In this document: in pieces, positions 37,086-48,011 of the stretch | Layout: every line of letters starts with the position of its first letter | Position numbering within the stretch: position 1 is the stretch's first letter | NCBI GenBank assembly: GCA_036263955.1 | Contig: DATARX010000176.1 | Span: 4,582-68,581 of the forward strand | Origin: Rhodopila sp. | GTDB taxonomy: Bacteria > Pseudomonadota > Alphaproteobacteria > Acetobacterales > Acetobacteraceae | Direction: 5' to 3' | DNA length: 64,000 bases | The notes under the pieces: generated by a model | Seen by the model: the letters and a program-made list of their open reading frames with translations, nothing else | What the model was told of the DNA's origin: nothing | The model's database searches: none | Position numbers and translations under genes: made by a program

Positions 37086-38240
37086 ATGCCATCCCGCACG
37101 ATCCTGGCCCCCACCCGCTATCCGTGGCGCTTCAACGGGCCGGCTAAATCCCGCCATCGAATCGAAAACCGCGACTTCCTGCCATTCAACTACCTGTCGC
37201 CGAAGATCGAGGGCGTCACGCTGTTCAAACCGTGGCCATTGAAAGGCTTTGATCTGGTCCACGCATTCAACCGCATCCCGATCGGGCGACGTCCGTTCGT
37301 GATCGGGTTTGAAAGCCATCTGCCGCGCGCCTTCGGGATCGAGGGCGGGCGCTGGTGGGACTGGATGACCGAAATGCTCGCCAGTGATCGATGCCGCGGG
37401 ATCGTTGCTATTTCTGAGTTCTCGCGGCGGATGTTTCTGGCGCAACATCAACGCTCGACGAAATCGAGCGCGGCGCGAGCGGCGCTGGGCGCCAAGCTGC
37501 ATATGCGCTGCCCGACCCTCGCGCTGCCGCCGGAAGCGGATCTGATCCAAACTGAAACCACCGACGAAATCCGTCTGGTGTTCGTCGGCAATCATTTCGC
37601 CCGCAAGGGCGGCTGCGTCGCCGTCGTGATGGCGGATCTTGCGCGCGCGCGCGGCATCAACCTGGTGCTGGACGTCGTGTCTCGATTGGAAATGGGCGGT
37701 GCCATCTGGACCGATCCAAGCGACGTCGCGACCTTTCAGCCCTATCGCGACCTGCTCGCGTCGCCCAATGTGCGGCTTCACCGCGACCTCGCGAACGCCG
37801 AAGTGCTGGCGCTGCTGCGGCGCGCGCACATGAGCGTACTGACAACGTTCGGCGATACGTTCGGCTACAGCGCGCTTGAATCGCTGGCCAATGGCGCCCC
37901 CGTTCTGGCCACCAGGCAGGGCGCGTTGCCGGAAGTGATTTCCCATGGTGAGAACGGCATTCTGCTTGATCTGCCAGTGACCGACGACGGGGAATGGGTC
38001 CACCTCGGCACACGCGACCGGACCGCATCCAGGTTCGTGCGGATGTGGCACGATGAAGTTCATCGGCTGGCCGAGACGGCGCTGGACGCCTTGATAGACG
38101 TCAGCAGCGACGCCAGCCGGATGCAGGCGATGCGGCAGGCCGCGCGCCGTTCGGCCGAACGCTTTGCGCCGGAACCGGCAACAGCCTGGTGGGATGATTT
38201 CTATGATCGCGCCTGCACCGGAGTCGTTCCGGCGAGCTGA
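37086..38240 (+). CDS. Glycosyltransferase, GT4-like
   Basis: FARKGG, DTFGYSALESLANGAPV (D/E-x7-E), LPEVI.HGENG. Confidence 0.85.
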   Translation: MPSRTILAPTRYPWRFNGPAKSRHRIENRDFLPFNYLSPKIEGVTLFKPWPLKGFDLVHAFNRIPIGRRPFVIGFESHLPRAFGIEGGRWWDWMTEMLASDRCRGIVAISEFSRRMFLAQHQRSTKSSAARAALGAKLHMRCPTLALPPEADLIQTETTDEIRLVFVGNHFARKGGCVAVVMADLARARGINLVLDVVSRLEMGGAIWTDPSDVATFQPYRDLLASPNVRLHRDLANAEVLALLRRAHMSVLTTFGDTFGYSALESLANGAPVLATRQGALPEVISHGENGILLDLPVTDDGEWVHLGTRDRTASRFVRMWHDEVHRLAETALDALIDVSSDASRMQAMRQAARRSAERFAPEPATAWWDDFYDRACTGVVPAS

Positions 38241-38245
38241 CAACA

Positions 38246-39271
38246 TCACCCCGCCCTTGCGGGGGCGGGAAAATGCAGCGGCGATCGGGGCCGTGCCGCA
38301 GCGGCGACTTTCGCCAGGAACCCGGCGCCCCAGCTCAAGTGCACCGTCATCGCGGCTGGAGCGATCGCAACCAACCATGGATCACGGGCCCGCGCCGCGG
38401 CCAGGCTGCCCCAGGCGAAACAACCCAGCGCGTAGGCGATCGGTGCGATCGCGCACCAAGGATCCAGCGGTGCCAGGCTGAGCCCGCCGATGCAACCGAT
38501 CAAGATCGCCGGCGCCGCCATCTGGCGCGGCCGGGGACGCATCTGGTGTTTGAGCACAGTCCCCGCTCGGCCGGCGCCATGCCTGAAGTATTGCCGCGCC
38601 AGTGGCACAAGCCGTGTTCGGGGGAAGTAGTCGATGGTCGCGTCCGCGCACATCCAGACCCGCCCTCCGGCGCGGCGCGCGCGTTCGTCGTGCTCCGCGT
38701 CCTCATTGTGGGAAAACGCTTCGTCATAGCCTCCGACTTGCAGGAAGAAGGCGCGATCGAAGGCGGCATGGTGGCCGTGGTCGACCCAGCCCGATTTGCC
38801 ACCGACGCGGTGTGCGGCACCGCCGTTGCCCAGCCGACTGTTTTGCACCGCCGCAATCGCGCGCTGCATGCCGCCGACGCCGACCGTTCGCATCGGCACG
38901 ACGACAGCGGTGGCATCCTGCAGCCGCAGCGCGGACACGCAGGTCTTTACGAAATCGGGCGGATAGCCCGCATGGGCATCGGCCCTGATCAGCACGGTCA
39001 CGTCGGGCGACGCGATCCGCGCGGCCAGGTTGACCGCCGCCGATTGCAATCGCGCTGGATTGTTGTGCAAGACGAGGCGCGGATGATCCGCCTGCATCCG
39101 TGAAACGATTTCGCGCGTGGCGTCGGTGCTGCCACCATCGAATACCAGCACATCGGCGTCGATCTCGGCCGCCTGTTGCAGTAACGCCCTGAGGCATCCT
39201 TCGATGTAGCGCTCCTCGTTCAGCACCGGGACCACGATGGCGACACGGTCTTCGATGTTAGGCATGGTCAC
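38246..39271 (-). CDS. exoA: ExoA-like glucosyltransferase (GT2)
   Basis: PVLNEE, DGGSTD, LQSAAVN, DAHA, QNSRLGNGG..HR, DHGHHA, HNEDAE, QYFRHG. Confidence 0.88.
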   Translation of the reverse strand: MTMPNIEDRVAIVVPVLNEERYIEGCLRALLQQAAEIDADVLVFDGGSTDATREIVSRMQADHPRLVLHNNPARLQSAAVNLAARIASPDVTVLIRADAHAGYPPDFVKTCVSALRLQDATAVVVPMRTVGVGGMQRAIAAVQNSRLGNGGAAHRVGGKSGWVDHGHHAAFDRAFFLQVGGYDEAFSHNEDAEHDERARRAGGRVWMCADATIDYFPRTRLVPLARQYFRHGAGRAGTVLKHQMRPRPRQMAAPAILIGCIGGLSLAPLDPWCAIAPIAYALGCFAWGSLAAARARDPWLVAIAPAAMTVHLSWGAGFLAKVAAAARPRSPLHFPAPARAG

Positions 39272-40533
39272 TCCACATCCTTCTCCAAAGGCGCGCGCGC
39301 GGCGTAAGTCGCGGCGACGAACAGGGTAAAACCACCGATTTGGAACTGCATCAGAACGTCCACTTCGACGAAGCTGCGCGTCAGCAGGCAGAACATCAGG
39401 GCGGTGAAGAACGACGCGGCGACAGAGCCGCTCCGCCAGCTCCAGCGGATCAGGGCCGCGAAGGTGCCGAGCAGGGTTGCCACCATGATGGCGGCGCCGA
39501 CGTAGCCGAGTTCGATGGCCGTCTCGACGTAGGTGCTGTGGAAGTGAAAGCCCTGGCGCGACAGCACATGGAACTCGAACCACAGACTTTCGGCCTGCAC
39601 GGTATCCTGGCGCCAGAACGCCTGGTAGCCGTACCCTAACAACGGATGTTGCGGGATCAGTTGCAATGCATGCGCCCACAGCAGCGTTCGCCCCGTGAGT
39701 GTCGCATCCTTCCCCATGAACCCCAGCAACAGGGCACCCACGTCGTCGCCGGCGACGACGAGCAGGATCACGATGGGCAGCATGATTATGGCCCCCACGC
39801 ACAAGATCCGTGCCCGCTCGAACGTGGACAGGCGGGATATGACGAGGTTGACGATCAAGACCGTGCTGGCCAGAACCGCAGACACCATCGCGGTGCCCGA
39901 CCGCGTCAGCACCAGAAGCGGCAAGGACAGCGCCAGCGCCAGCAATCCCAGCAGGCGCGCCATCAAAGGCTGCTTTCCGTCAATGATCAGGGCGACCGCG
40001 GCCAGCAGCATCAGGCTGGTGAAAAAACCGAGCTGGTTCTTCGATTCAAAGACACCGACGAAAGCCGAAGAGCCGGTCAGCGGATCGACTGATTCCTTGC
40101 CGAACAGCACGGACAGCAAGGCCGTGGCGACGAGGCAGCAGGCCAGTGCGGACAGCATCGCCCGGGGCTTCAACAACGACGCGGCAAGAACGGCGCAGCC
40201 AACCGTCGAAACGAACTCCAGACTGTATTTCAACGTGTCATGCGACGATTGAGACCATACCGTCGACGCCAGGGCGAAGAACGGAAATACCCAAAGCACG
40301 CGCGGACTATCGGTCAGCAGTGCCAGACAGCCCTTCCCATAGGCAAGACCGAGACTCACCCACAGACCGAGGAACAGGAATGCGCCGGCTGAACCGACGA
40401 AGCTGCCCAGCAGGATCGCGGTCACCCCGAGGACGAAGACGCCCCAGGTCAGTTGCGGCGGCGGCAGCGGATCCTGTGTACGCCGGGGCAACCGCGGAAG
40501 GCTGCTCGCATCGATGACGGTCGACAGGCTCAT
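39268..40533 (-). CDS. exoQ: ExoQ-like Wzy polysaccharide polymerase
   Basis: Polytopic; SKNQLG, GKDATLTGRT, GYGYQAFW, FHFHS; exo context. Confidence 0.82.
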   Translation of the reverse strand: MSLSTVIDASSLPRLPRRTQDPLPPPQLTWGVFVLGVTAILLGSFVGSAGAFLFLGLWVSLGLAYGKGCLALLTDSPRVLWVFPFFALASTVWSQSSHDTLKYSLEFVSTVGCAVLAASLLKPRAMLSALACCLVATALLSVLFGKESVDPLTGSSAFVGVFESKNQLGFFTSLMLLAAVALIIDGKQPLMARLLGLLALALSLPLLVLTRSGTAMVSAVLASTVLIVNLVISRLSTFERARILCVGAIIMLPIVILLVVAGDDVGALLLGFMGKDATLTGRTLLWAHALQLIPQHPLLGYGYQAFWRQDTVQAESLWFEFHVLSRQGFHFHSTYVETAIELGYVGAAIMVATLLGTFAALIRWSWRSGSVAASFFTALMFCLLTRSFVEVDVLMQFQIGGFTLFVAATYAARAPLEKDVE

Positions 40534-41591
40534 TCCGCCGCCACCGCCCGAGGCGATACCGGCGGCTTGGCCAGATGCCGGGTGAAGCTAAGCAACGGGC
40601 ATTCGATCCACCGATACGACAGTTCGGCGACAAGCAGCGACGCGACGATGGCGGTGACCAGCGCGACCGCGTGGGCGGCCGGTGTCGAGAGGGCAGCGGG
40701 GGACACATGGGCCAACACGTGTCCGATGGCGCCGATCGTAAAGAGGTGCGACAGATACAACGAGTATGACGCATCGCCGATCCGAACGATCACGCGGGGC
40801 AGCATGCGGCGTATGGCCGCGTCTTCGCCGAAACAGCCGACCAGGAGCAGCGCCGCGCCGATACCGAACACCGCAACGCGCAGCCAGGGCAGCGCGAACA
40901 GGGTTTCGGACCACACCAGGCCAAAGACGAGCACGAAACAGCCCACGATGCCGGCGACTGACGATACCGCGCGGGGTACGCCGGAGGAACAGCAATAGGC
41001 GGCGGCGCAGCCGGCCAGGAACTCGAACACCAGCGGGCTCGACAGCGCGTCGAGCAGCGCCTGGGCGCGCGTCGGCGCCAGCAGCACGTGGGCGGCAATC
41101 ACCGCGCCGCCCCACCCCACCAGCGCCAGGATGCGCCCGCGCCGCGCCAGCCCCGCGCCGATGAGCAGCGCGAAGACCAGATAGAAGTAAATCTCGAACT
41201 CCAGCGTCCACGCCACCAGCAGCAGCGGGGGGGCGGCGTTCGGGATCAGCAGCACGGACGCAACCAGGTCGGGCCGCCCGTCGCCGACGGGCGCGGCGAT
41301 CGCGGCCACGAGCAGCGGGATGCAGTAAAGCCAGTAGGTCGGGTAGATCCGCGTCACCCGGCGCAGCAGGAAGCGCTGGGCGGCAGCGGCACTGGCCGGA
41401 CCGCGGGTGGTCCATACCGCGAGAAAGCCACTCAGGACGAAGAACAGGTCGACGCCGGCCCGTCCGGCGGAAAAGCCCGACGGGACGATCGACGCCCCAT
41501 GCAGGTATTTCGCCTCGAACGGTAACAAATGAAACAGCATCACGCCGAGGGCCGCGAGGGCACGCAACGCCTGCAGTGAGACGAAGGTCAT
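40530..41591 (-). CDS. exoZ: ExoZ-like acyltransferase (acyltransferase-3 family)
   Basis: LQALRALAA, GVDLFFVLSGF, RIYPTYW, WTL.FE..FY, IGDASYSLYL. Confidence 0.8.
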   Translation of the reverse strand: MTFVSLQALRALAALGVMLFHLLPFEAKYLHGASIVPSGFSAGRAGVDLFFVLSGFLAVWTTRGPASAAAAQRFLLRRVTRIYPTYWLYCIPLLVAAIAAPVGDGRPDLVASVLLIPNAAPPLLLVAWTLEFEIYFYLVFALLIGAGLARRGRILALVGWGGAVIAAHVLLAPTRAQALLDALSSPLVFEFLAGCAAAYCCSSGVPRAVSSVAGIVGCFVLVFGLVWSETLFALPWLRVAVFGIGAALLLVGCFGEDAAIRRMLPRVIVRIGDASYSLYLSHLFTIGAIGHVLAHVSPAALSTPAAHAVALVTAIVASLLVAELSYRWIECPLLSFTRHLAKPPVSPRAVAAE

Positions 41592-41592
41592 C

Positions 41593-42621
41593 TCAGCGAT
41601 CCGCTTCGGCTGGAACAGTCCTGCGCGCGCCGGTTGATTGCGAACGCTCAAAGGCGCGCAGTTGCTCGAGCATGGCGGAGCGGAGGTCTTCACGACGGGA
41701 TGCCTTGCTCAGCTTTGGTTCAAGCCGTGCGGCATCCGCCAGTCGTGCGGCCGTGCGCGCCGGCCCGTAGCCCAAAGCTCGGCTGACCAAGGGCCGCTGC
41801 CGAGCCAACGCCTGAAGGGCTACGCGCGCCCTGGCGGCCGGTCCTGGGGCGGCAGACTTGGCCGTGCCATGGATCGCCACACGCTGCTTGAACTCGGTCA
41901 TCGCCGCCTCGGCGTCGAAGTGCAGCGGACGGTTGCCCGTCCCCTGGTCGGGGCGGCCGAATGCCAACGCCGCGGAGGCCGATGGCGGCGGCAACGGCAC
42001 GGGCGTGAAGGTCGTGCCGACCGAAAGGCACCAATCGACCCATTTCAATGCCGAAATGTTACGCGTCGTGACGAACGGAATCCACGGGATTCCCATCGTG
42101 TCGGCGAAGATGGCGCCGTGCAGGCTTTCCGTCAGCACCAGGCTCACCGAACCGATCGCGGCGTGCACCCGTTCGGGTGTATCGATCGGCGATATCAGAC
42201 GGAACCCGGCTGCTTTGCAGGCGGCGTCCCAGCCCGGGAAATGCAACGACTGCCAATGCGGGACGACCCCGACGGCCCGCCCCGACCGATCCCCGGGCGG
42301 GGGTCCCATGACCTCAGGCGTCAGGATCGCGCCATCGGTGAGGGCCGCGTCGACACCAAGCAGCCGGGCGGTGATCGGCCCCCGCACGCACCAGACCGTG
42401 CGGTCGGTCCGCCACGTTTCGATGGCGTCATAGCCCGCGCCGCTGGAAAAGATGTGCAGGCGCAGGCAGTTCGGCGTCGGCATCCCGACCAGCGTGCCGA
42501 TGCCGAGGAATCCCTCGGCGCCCATCTCATCGAACATCTCCGGCAACAGGCGAGGCCAGAGCACGCCGTTCAGATCGTCGCCGAAGTTCGGCTGCTTGCC
42601 GCGGAAATAGACCAGCTTCAT
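41593..42621 (-). CDS. exoV: ExoV-like polysaccharide pyruvyltransferase
   Basis: NFGDDLN, VRGP, PHWQS, ESLHGAI.AD, KWVDW. Confidence 0.87.
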   Translation of the reverse strand: MKLVYFRGKQPNFGDDLNGVLWPRLLPEMFDEMGAEGFLGIGTLVGMPTPNCLRLHIFSSGAGYDAIETWRTDRTVWCVRGPITARLLGVDAALTDGAILTPEVMGPPPGDRSGRAVGVVPHWQSLHFPGWDAACKAAGFRLISPIDTPERVHAAIGSVSLVLTESLHGAIFADTMGIPWIPFVTTRNISALKWVDWCLSVGTTFTPVPLPPPSASAALAFGRPDQGTGNRPLHFDAEAAMTEFKQRVAIHGTAKSAAPGPAARARVALQALARQRPLVSRALGYGPARTAARLADAARLEPKLSKASRREDLRSAMLEQLRAFERSQSTGARRTVPAEADR

Positions 42622-42625
42622 GGGG

Positions 42626-44833
42626 TTACGCCGGGGTCAGCGTGTAGCCGGCATAGGTCCCTGCCGGCACGTTGTAGTGCCACAGCGATTTCAGATCGAC
42701 CTTGTTGAGCACGACACCAAGCAGGCGGGTCGGGTCGATGGCGGTGTTTTCGATGCACTCCCGCACCACGTCCTCCGGCGTGCGGCCCCACTCCACGACC
42801 ATCACCATGCCGTCGACCAGGTTCGATGCGGCAGCGGCATCGCCAACCGGCAGAACGGCGGGCAAATCGACCACCACGAAATCAAATTCCGCGCGCAACG
42901 CGGCGAGCAATGCCGGCGCTTCCGGGGCGGCCAGGCTGGGCATGCTGGTGGCGTTCGTTCCAGCCGGGTCGGCCGCGGCCGGCAGGAAGGCCAGCTTGCT
43001 GCCGGGATCGCGCCAAAGCACATCCTCAAGCGGCTGCTTGTCGGCCATCACCTCGGCGAACCCGCCGCGGCAGGCCGGCGCGAGCATCCCGGACAGCGTG
43101 CGCTTACGCAGATCGCAATCGACCAGCAGCGTGCGGAAGCCAGCTTCGGCCAGGAAGAACGCGAAATTGGCCGAGACCGTGCTCTTTCCCTCGCCGGGAA
43201 GCGCCGAGACGCACCCGAGGACGTGGATGTCGCGCCGCCCCTCCCGCGTGCGGGTCAAACGCACACGCAGGCCGCGAATGGCTTCGGCATAGGGGGAGAA
43301 CGGCGCCAGCATGGTCTGCCGCAGCAGCGGCGGCGCGCTGATTTGCCGCTTCTCGGTGGTGATCAGGGCCGGCTTGCGATCCTTCCGCCCCCGCGGGTTC
43401 ACGGCCGGGAGCATGCCGAGACAGGGCAGGCCGAGGCTGCTGCGAACCTGCGCCGCCGTGCGCAGCGCCTTGTCCAGTGCCTCCCGCAGCAGCGCGATGC
43501 CGAAGCCCAGCACGAGACCCAGGAATACGCCGCCCGCCAATACGATCACCGCCTTGGGCCAGCTCTTGCGCAAGGGCACCGCGGCCCGCGTTATGACCTG
43601 CACCTCGGAGATCGGAAATGACTGGTCCTGGACGGCCTGGGTGTAGCGCACCAGGAAGTTGTCATGCAGCGACTTGTAGGCGTCGGCGGTGCTCTGAAGC
43701 TCCCGCAGATGCACGAGATTTTCGTTGGTCTTGTCGCCCGCCGTCACCAGCGCGGCAAGCTGATCCTCGATGTCCTTCTGGTTGGACAGCGCCATCTGGC
43801 GGTCGCTTTCGGCCGACTCGGCGATCCGCGCCAGTTCCGACTGGATCTGGACCTGAATGTCCTTCAGCTTGCCGTTCATTTGCCTGACGGTGGCGTGGTT
43901 CGGTCCAACCTCCGCCGTCCATTCCGCGGCCTGGCGGGCGGCGTCGACGTATTCCTCACGCAGATGCGTAATGACGAGGTTGTTCAGCGCGTCGGTCGTA
44001 TCGCCATTCCATACCCCCGACTGCATGATCTGGTGGATGCGATCGACCCTGGCCTTGGCGTCCGCGGTGCGTGCCCGCGCGAGCACCAACTGGCTGTTGA
44101 GTTCGCCGAGGTGGCGTTCGTTCATCAGGCCCTTGTCGGTGTCGACGATTCCGGCTTCGGCCTTGAACGCCTGCACCGCCCGGTCGGCAACGATCGCCTG
44201 CTGCTGCAACTCACCGATGCGCTGCTGCAGCCACTGGCTTGCGCGCACGGTATTCGCTTCCTTCGCCCGCAGGCCGTAATCGACGTAGGCGTCGACGACC
44301 GCGTTGGCCAGGCGCGCGGACATCACCGGATCCCGCGACACGACGCTCAGTTCCAGAATGAAGCTCAGGCCGACCCGCTTGACGTGGATCATTTTCGTGA
44401 GCAACTCGACGGCCGCTGTTTCGTGACTGTTCGGCCCTTTGGTCGCCGGCGTCGCCAATGGCGCGAGCAGGATGCCCAGGACGGTGTTCATCAGCGAATT
44501 GCCGTTCGCCAGAAAGGCCTTGTCGTCGGCGAGGTGGAGCCGGTCGACGACGACGCGGGCCAGGCCGTCGGATTGCAGGACCTCGACCTGACTTTCGGCG
44601 ATGCCGTTGGCGAACTGGCTGTCGATCGGTGTATTGTCCCCCTTGAACGGCGCGGCCGCCTGCATGTCGATGAAGACCGTGCTGGATGCGGTGAAGTGGG
44701 CGGTGGCGAAGAGCTGGTACGCCACCGCGAGCGCGACCATGATCGCTGTCGACACCGCGACGGTGAACCACGACCGGCGCAGGAAGGCGATCAGGTCGGG
44801 CGCCCAGTCGAAAACTGCGATCTTCGCCGTCAT
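42626..44833 (-). CDS. exoP: ExoP/Wzc chain-length determinant with BY-kinase domain
   Basis: Two TM helices flanking a coiled-coil periplasmic domain; SALPGEGKST, LVDCDLR, VVDLP; Tyr-containing tail. Confidence 0.9.
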   Translation of the reverse strand: MTAKIAVFDWAPDLIAFLRRSWFTVAVSTAIMVALAVAYQLFATAHFTASSTVFIDMQAAAPFKGDNTPIDSQFANGIAESQVEVLQSDGLARVVVDRLHLADDKAFLANGNSLMNTVLGILLAPLATPATKGPNSHETAAVELLTKMIHVKRVGLSFILELSVVSRDPVMSARLANAVVDAYVDYGLRAKEANTVRASQWLQQRIGELQQQAIVADRAVQAFKAEAGIVDTDKGLMNERHLGELNSQLVLARARTADAKARVDRIHQIMQSGVWNGDTTDALNNLVITHLREEYVDAARQAAEWTAEVGPNHATVRQMNGKLKDIQVQIQSELARIAESAESDRQMALSNQKDIEDQLAALVTAGDKTNENLVHLRELQSTADAYKSLHDNFLVRYTQAVQDQSFPISEVQVITRAAVPLRKSWPKAVIVLAGGVFLGLVLGFGIALLREALDKALRTAAQVRSSLGLPCLGMLPAVNPRGRKDRKPALITTEKRQISAPPLLRQTMLAPFSPYAEAIRGLRVRLTRTREGRRDIHVLGCVSALPGEGKSTVSANFAFFLAEAGFRTLLVDCDLRKRTLSGMLAPACRGGFAEVMADKQPLEDVLWRDPGSKLAFLPAAADPAGTNATSMPSLAAPEAPALLAALRAEFDFVVVDLPAVLPVGDAAAASNLVDGMVMVVEWGRTPEDVVRECIENTAIDPTRLLGVVLNKVDLKSLWHYNVPAGTYAGYTLTPA

Positions 44834-46317
44834 GGTGCGGTGCTCCAGCTCGGGTTGGTCGTTCGACGGAAGGGGTTCAGCGCGCGTAGGCCCGCGGGCA
44901 GGCGCAGGGAGGGCGCCAGGGCCGCCAGGCCGGCCAGCAGCACTGCGCAGCCCGTCAGGGCAACAACCGCCAGGCTGGTCGTCGGAGCGCCGCCCAGCAG
45001 GTGGGCCAGGCCGGCCTGGGCGCTGTAGCCGGCGCCCAGCATGGCAAGGAACGGCAGGGCAACCACGACGACGTATGCGGCCCCGCTGCGCGGAAAGTCG
45101 TGCCGGGTCAGGATCGCCATCCATCCCACCATCGCGGCGTTCTTGAGCGCGAGTCCCACGGCGACGGCGGCCACCCCGAACGGCGCCAGCACGACCACGA
45201 GACCGATGCCGCTGATCGCGGAAACGCTGGTCACCCACATGAGCTGATGGTTGCGGCGCGAGACCGACAGCAGCGCGCCGTGCACGCTGCCCAGGGCACG
45301 GGCGAAGCCGCTGACCGCGAGGATCGCGGCGACCGGGGCGGCCTCGGCCCAGCGGTCGCCGAACACGACGTGGATCACGCCGGCGGAACTGGTCACCATG
45401 AACGCGGCGGGCGCGCCGCAGATCACCGTGAGCATGGCCAGCCCGTTGCGCAGCCCGGATGCCCGCGCGGCGGTCGCCTGCAAGGAAAACAGCGGCTGGA
45501 ACAGGATCGTCGAGAAGGACGCGGCGGCGGTGATGAAGGTCGTCTCGACCCGCTTGCCGAGGTTGAAGAACGCCAGCCGGGCGCTGCCGATCATGCCGGC
45601 GACGACGATCTGGTCGAGGTAGTTGTTGGCCGCGGCGACCAGGCGGACGATGGAAGCGGCGAACGCCTCCCGCCCCAGGTCGGCGATGCAGTCCAGGTGG
45701 AGACGTGGACGCACCAGCACGCCGGTCCCGATGGCGGTGGTCGCGAAGATCAGCACCGACTGGGCGGTGAGATAGGCGATCAGGCCTTCGAACGGATGGC
45801 CGCACAGCGCGACCGCGCCGCCAAGCAGGCCCGATCCGATGTTGGCCACGATCGAGCGTGACGCCATCCGGCCAAAACTCAGCCGTTGCGCCAGCGCCGC
45901 CTGCGGCTGGGTGGTCGTAAGGTCGAACAGGATGCGCAGCCCGACCACGTCGAGCGGCCAGCCTGCGTCGGCCACGCTGGGCAGGTAGCGGCCAAGAATG
46001 CCCATCACCACCGCGAACAGCGCGGTCAGCGCGCCCCCCAGGATCAACAGCACCGCCAACGCGGCCTGGTGATGGCGATGCGCGCCGGGGCCCTGCTGCA
46101 GCAGCGCCTCATAAAGGCCGGGCGCGCCGAACGCCTTGACGAGCTCCGCCACCGAGGTCGCCAGCACGGCGACGCCGACCTGGGCCGGAGAGAGCCATCG
46201 GGCAAACGCGATGAAGACGATGAAGGGCAGCGCCACGCCGCCGAGCGCGTTGAGTACGGACCAGGCGGCGCCGCGTGCGAACGCCGGCATCGGGGATCCG
46301 GTGGTAGCCGTGCTCAT
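44830..46317 (-). CDS. exoT: ExoT/Wzx oligosaccharide flippase
   Basis: RGAAWS start; about 12-14 TM helices; LDQIVV, FGDRW; exo context. Confidence 0.8.
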   Translation of the reverse strand: MSTATTGSPMPAFARGAAWSVLNALGGVALPFIVFIAFARWLSPAQVGVAVLATSVAELVKAFGAPGLYEALLQQGPGAHRHHQAALAVLLILGGALTALFAVVMGILGRYLPSVADAGWPLDVVGLRILFDLTTTQPQAALAQRLSFGRMASRSIVANIGSGLLGGAVALCGHPFEGLIAYLTAQSVLIFATTAIGTGVLVRPRLHLDCIADLGREAFAASIVRLVAAANNYLDQIVVAGMIGSARLAFFNLGKRVETTFITAAASFSTILFQPLFSLQATAARASGLRNGLAMLTVICGAPAAFMVTSSAGVIHVVFGDRWAEAAPVAAILAVSGFARALGSVHGALLSVSRRNHQLMWVTSVSAISGIGLVVVLAPFGVAAVAVGLALKNAAMVGWMAILTRHDFPRSGAAYVVVVALPFLAMLGAGYSAQAGLAHLLGGAPTTSLAVVALTGCAVLLAGLAALAPSLRLPAGLRALNPFRRTTNPSWSTAP

Positions 46318-46327
46318 GGTGCGCCGG

Positions 46328-47800
46328 TCAGACCGCGCCGCGGCGAAACAGCACCACCGGAATGGTCTTCATCAGGATCGCCAGGTCGTGCCAGAGCGTC
46401 CAGTTGCGCACGTACCAGACATCGAGGCGGACGCGCTGTTCATAGGTCGTGTCGCTACGGCCGCTGACCTGCCACAGCCCGGTCAGCCCCGGCCGGGCCT
46501 GCGTGTAATAGGCCGTGTTATCGCCATAGAAGCTCAATTCCGACTGCACCACCGGCCGCGGTCCGACCAGGCTCATTTCGCCACGCAGGACGTTCAGCAG
46601 TTGCGGCAATTCGTCCAGGCTGGTGTTGCGCAGGAAGCGGCCGATCGGCGTGATCCGCGGGTCGTTGCGCAGCTTCTGCGTCGCGGCCCATTCGGCGGCG
46701 GCATCAGGGTCACTGGCCAACAGATCCTTGAGGATACGGTCTCCGTTCACATCCATGCTGCGGAACTTGATGCAGCCGAAACTGCGTCCCTCGAAGCCCA
46801 CCCGCTTGTGGCGATACAGCACCGGGCCACCGCCGCGACGAACCATGATCGCGATCGCCAGCAACATCGGCGACAGGCCCACCAGGAGGCATGAGGCAAC
46901 GACCGTATCGAAGATTCGCTTCGCGGCGCGTTTGAACGGATTCGCCAGGGCACTCTCGGCCGCCATCACCACAATCTCATGACTGATGAAATAATGCGGC
47001 CGGGCCATTCTGACCGGGAGCGCGGGGGCGGCCTGCACCAGGGCGAACGGGACGCGGGCGCGATTGAGCTGCGCCACGATGCGCGCATCGGAGCCGGAGT
47101 CCGCCGGATCGGCAACCAGCGCGACGTAGTCGACACCGCGCCGCGCCACCAGGTCCTGCCAGTAGCCGGCATCGTCCGCATCCAGGTTCAGTGGGCGGCC
47201 CATGCTACCGACGATGGAAAAGCCCAGGCCAGGTTCGGAACGAAGCGCGCTGGCGACCCGGGCGGCGTCCTGATCCAGCCCGATGACGAGGGTGCGCAGC
47301 GTCCATACGCCGAGGCGCGACAGCAGGCCGGCGGTCGCGGATCTGAACACCAGGATCAGGCAGCCGAAGAAAACCCATCGCAGCGCCTGTTCGGCCTCGA
47401 ACGGCGCGGCGTAGATCTTGGTCGAAAGGATCAGGTCGCAGACCAAGGCGAGGAGCACGACGCCGATCACATCGCGCGCTGCGGTCCAGAACGGAATGCG
47501 TTGCGTGTAATGGCCTCGCCCGCGCAACTGTGCCAGCACGACCAGAAGAATAAGGATAACGCCCCAGCCGTGCCACGCGGACCACATCGTTCCGATATGA
47601 TCCATACTGCGATATAGCAACGACTGTGCGTTGAAGCCTTCGATCAGGCTCACGATCACCGCCGCGACCGCCGCTGCCGCGCCGAAGGCGAGCAGATCCG
47701 AAGCGACAAAACTTACAGCCTGTACCTCCCACGTTGAGCGATATGACCGGTTTGATACGATACGGTGATCTAACGCATCCAGGGTACGGCTTGCGGTCAT
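46328..47800 (-). CDS. Priming undecaprenyl-phosphate glycosylphosphotransferase (WbaP-type; functional equivalent of ExoY)
   Basis: KRIFD, KFRSM, DPRIT, SLDELPQ, GPRP, PGLTGLWQVSGR; N-terminal TM domain; AGGAG RBS before ATG 47800. Confidence 0.92.
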   Translation of the reverse strand: MTASRTLDALDHRIVSNRSYRSTWEVQAVSFVASDLLAFGAAAAVAAVIVSLIEGFNAQSLLYRSMDHIGTMWSAWHGWGVILILLVVLAQLRGRGHYTQRIPFWTAARDVIGVVLLALVCDLILSTKIYAAPFEAEQALRWVFFGCLILVFRSATAGLLSRLGVWTLRTLVIGLDQDAARVASALRSEPGLGFSIVGSMGRPLNLDADDAGYWQDLVARRGVDYVALVADPADSGSDARIVAQLNRARVPFALVQAAPALPVRMARPHYFISHEIVVMAAESALANPFKRAAKRIFDTVVASCLLVGLSPMLLAIAIMVRRGGGPVLYRHKRVGFEGRSFGCIKFRSMDVNGDRILKDLLASDPDAAAEWAATQKLRNDPRITPIGRFLRNTSLDELPQLLNVLRGEMSLVGPRPVVQSELSFYGDNTAYYTQARPGLTGLWQVSGRSDTTYEQRVRLDVWYVRNWTLWHDLAILMKTIPVVLFRRGAV

Positions 47801-48011
47801 ATTGTCGCTCCTGAGGTGCAACGGGCTCGGTTTGGCGATCGTCGCCACCTTACATCGCAGTGCAGCATTTCACATACGCAAGCAGGCTGTAAAGGCTAAA
47901 AACAGGGCAATTTAAGTCAAAGCAATGAAGTCACAATATGATATGGAGTAATGATTGCGGTAGTCCTGTAATTCGCCGCCAGACGATATTTTGAGACGTT
48001 TGCCGGCAGGT

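Noticed and set aside
42626-45805. 1059-aa ORF as a Wzx-Wzc fusion
   Set aside because: The N-terminal ~320 aa is an Arg/Pro-rich off-frame read of the flippase; the real start is ATG 44833, overlapping the flippase stop.
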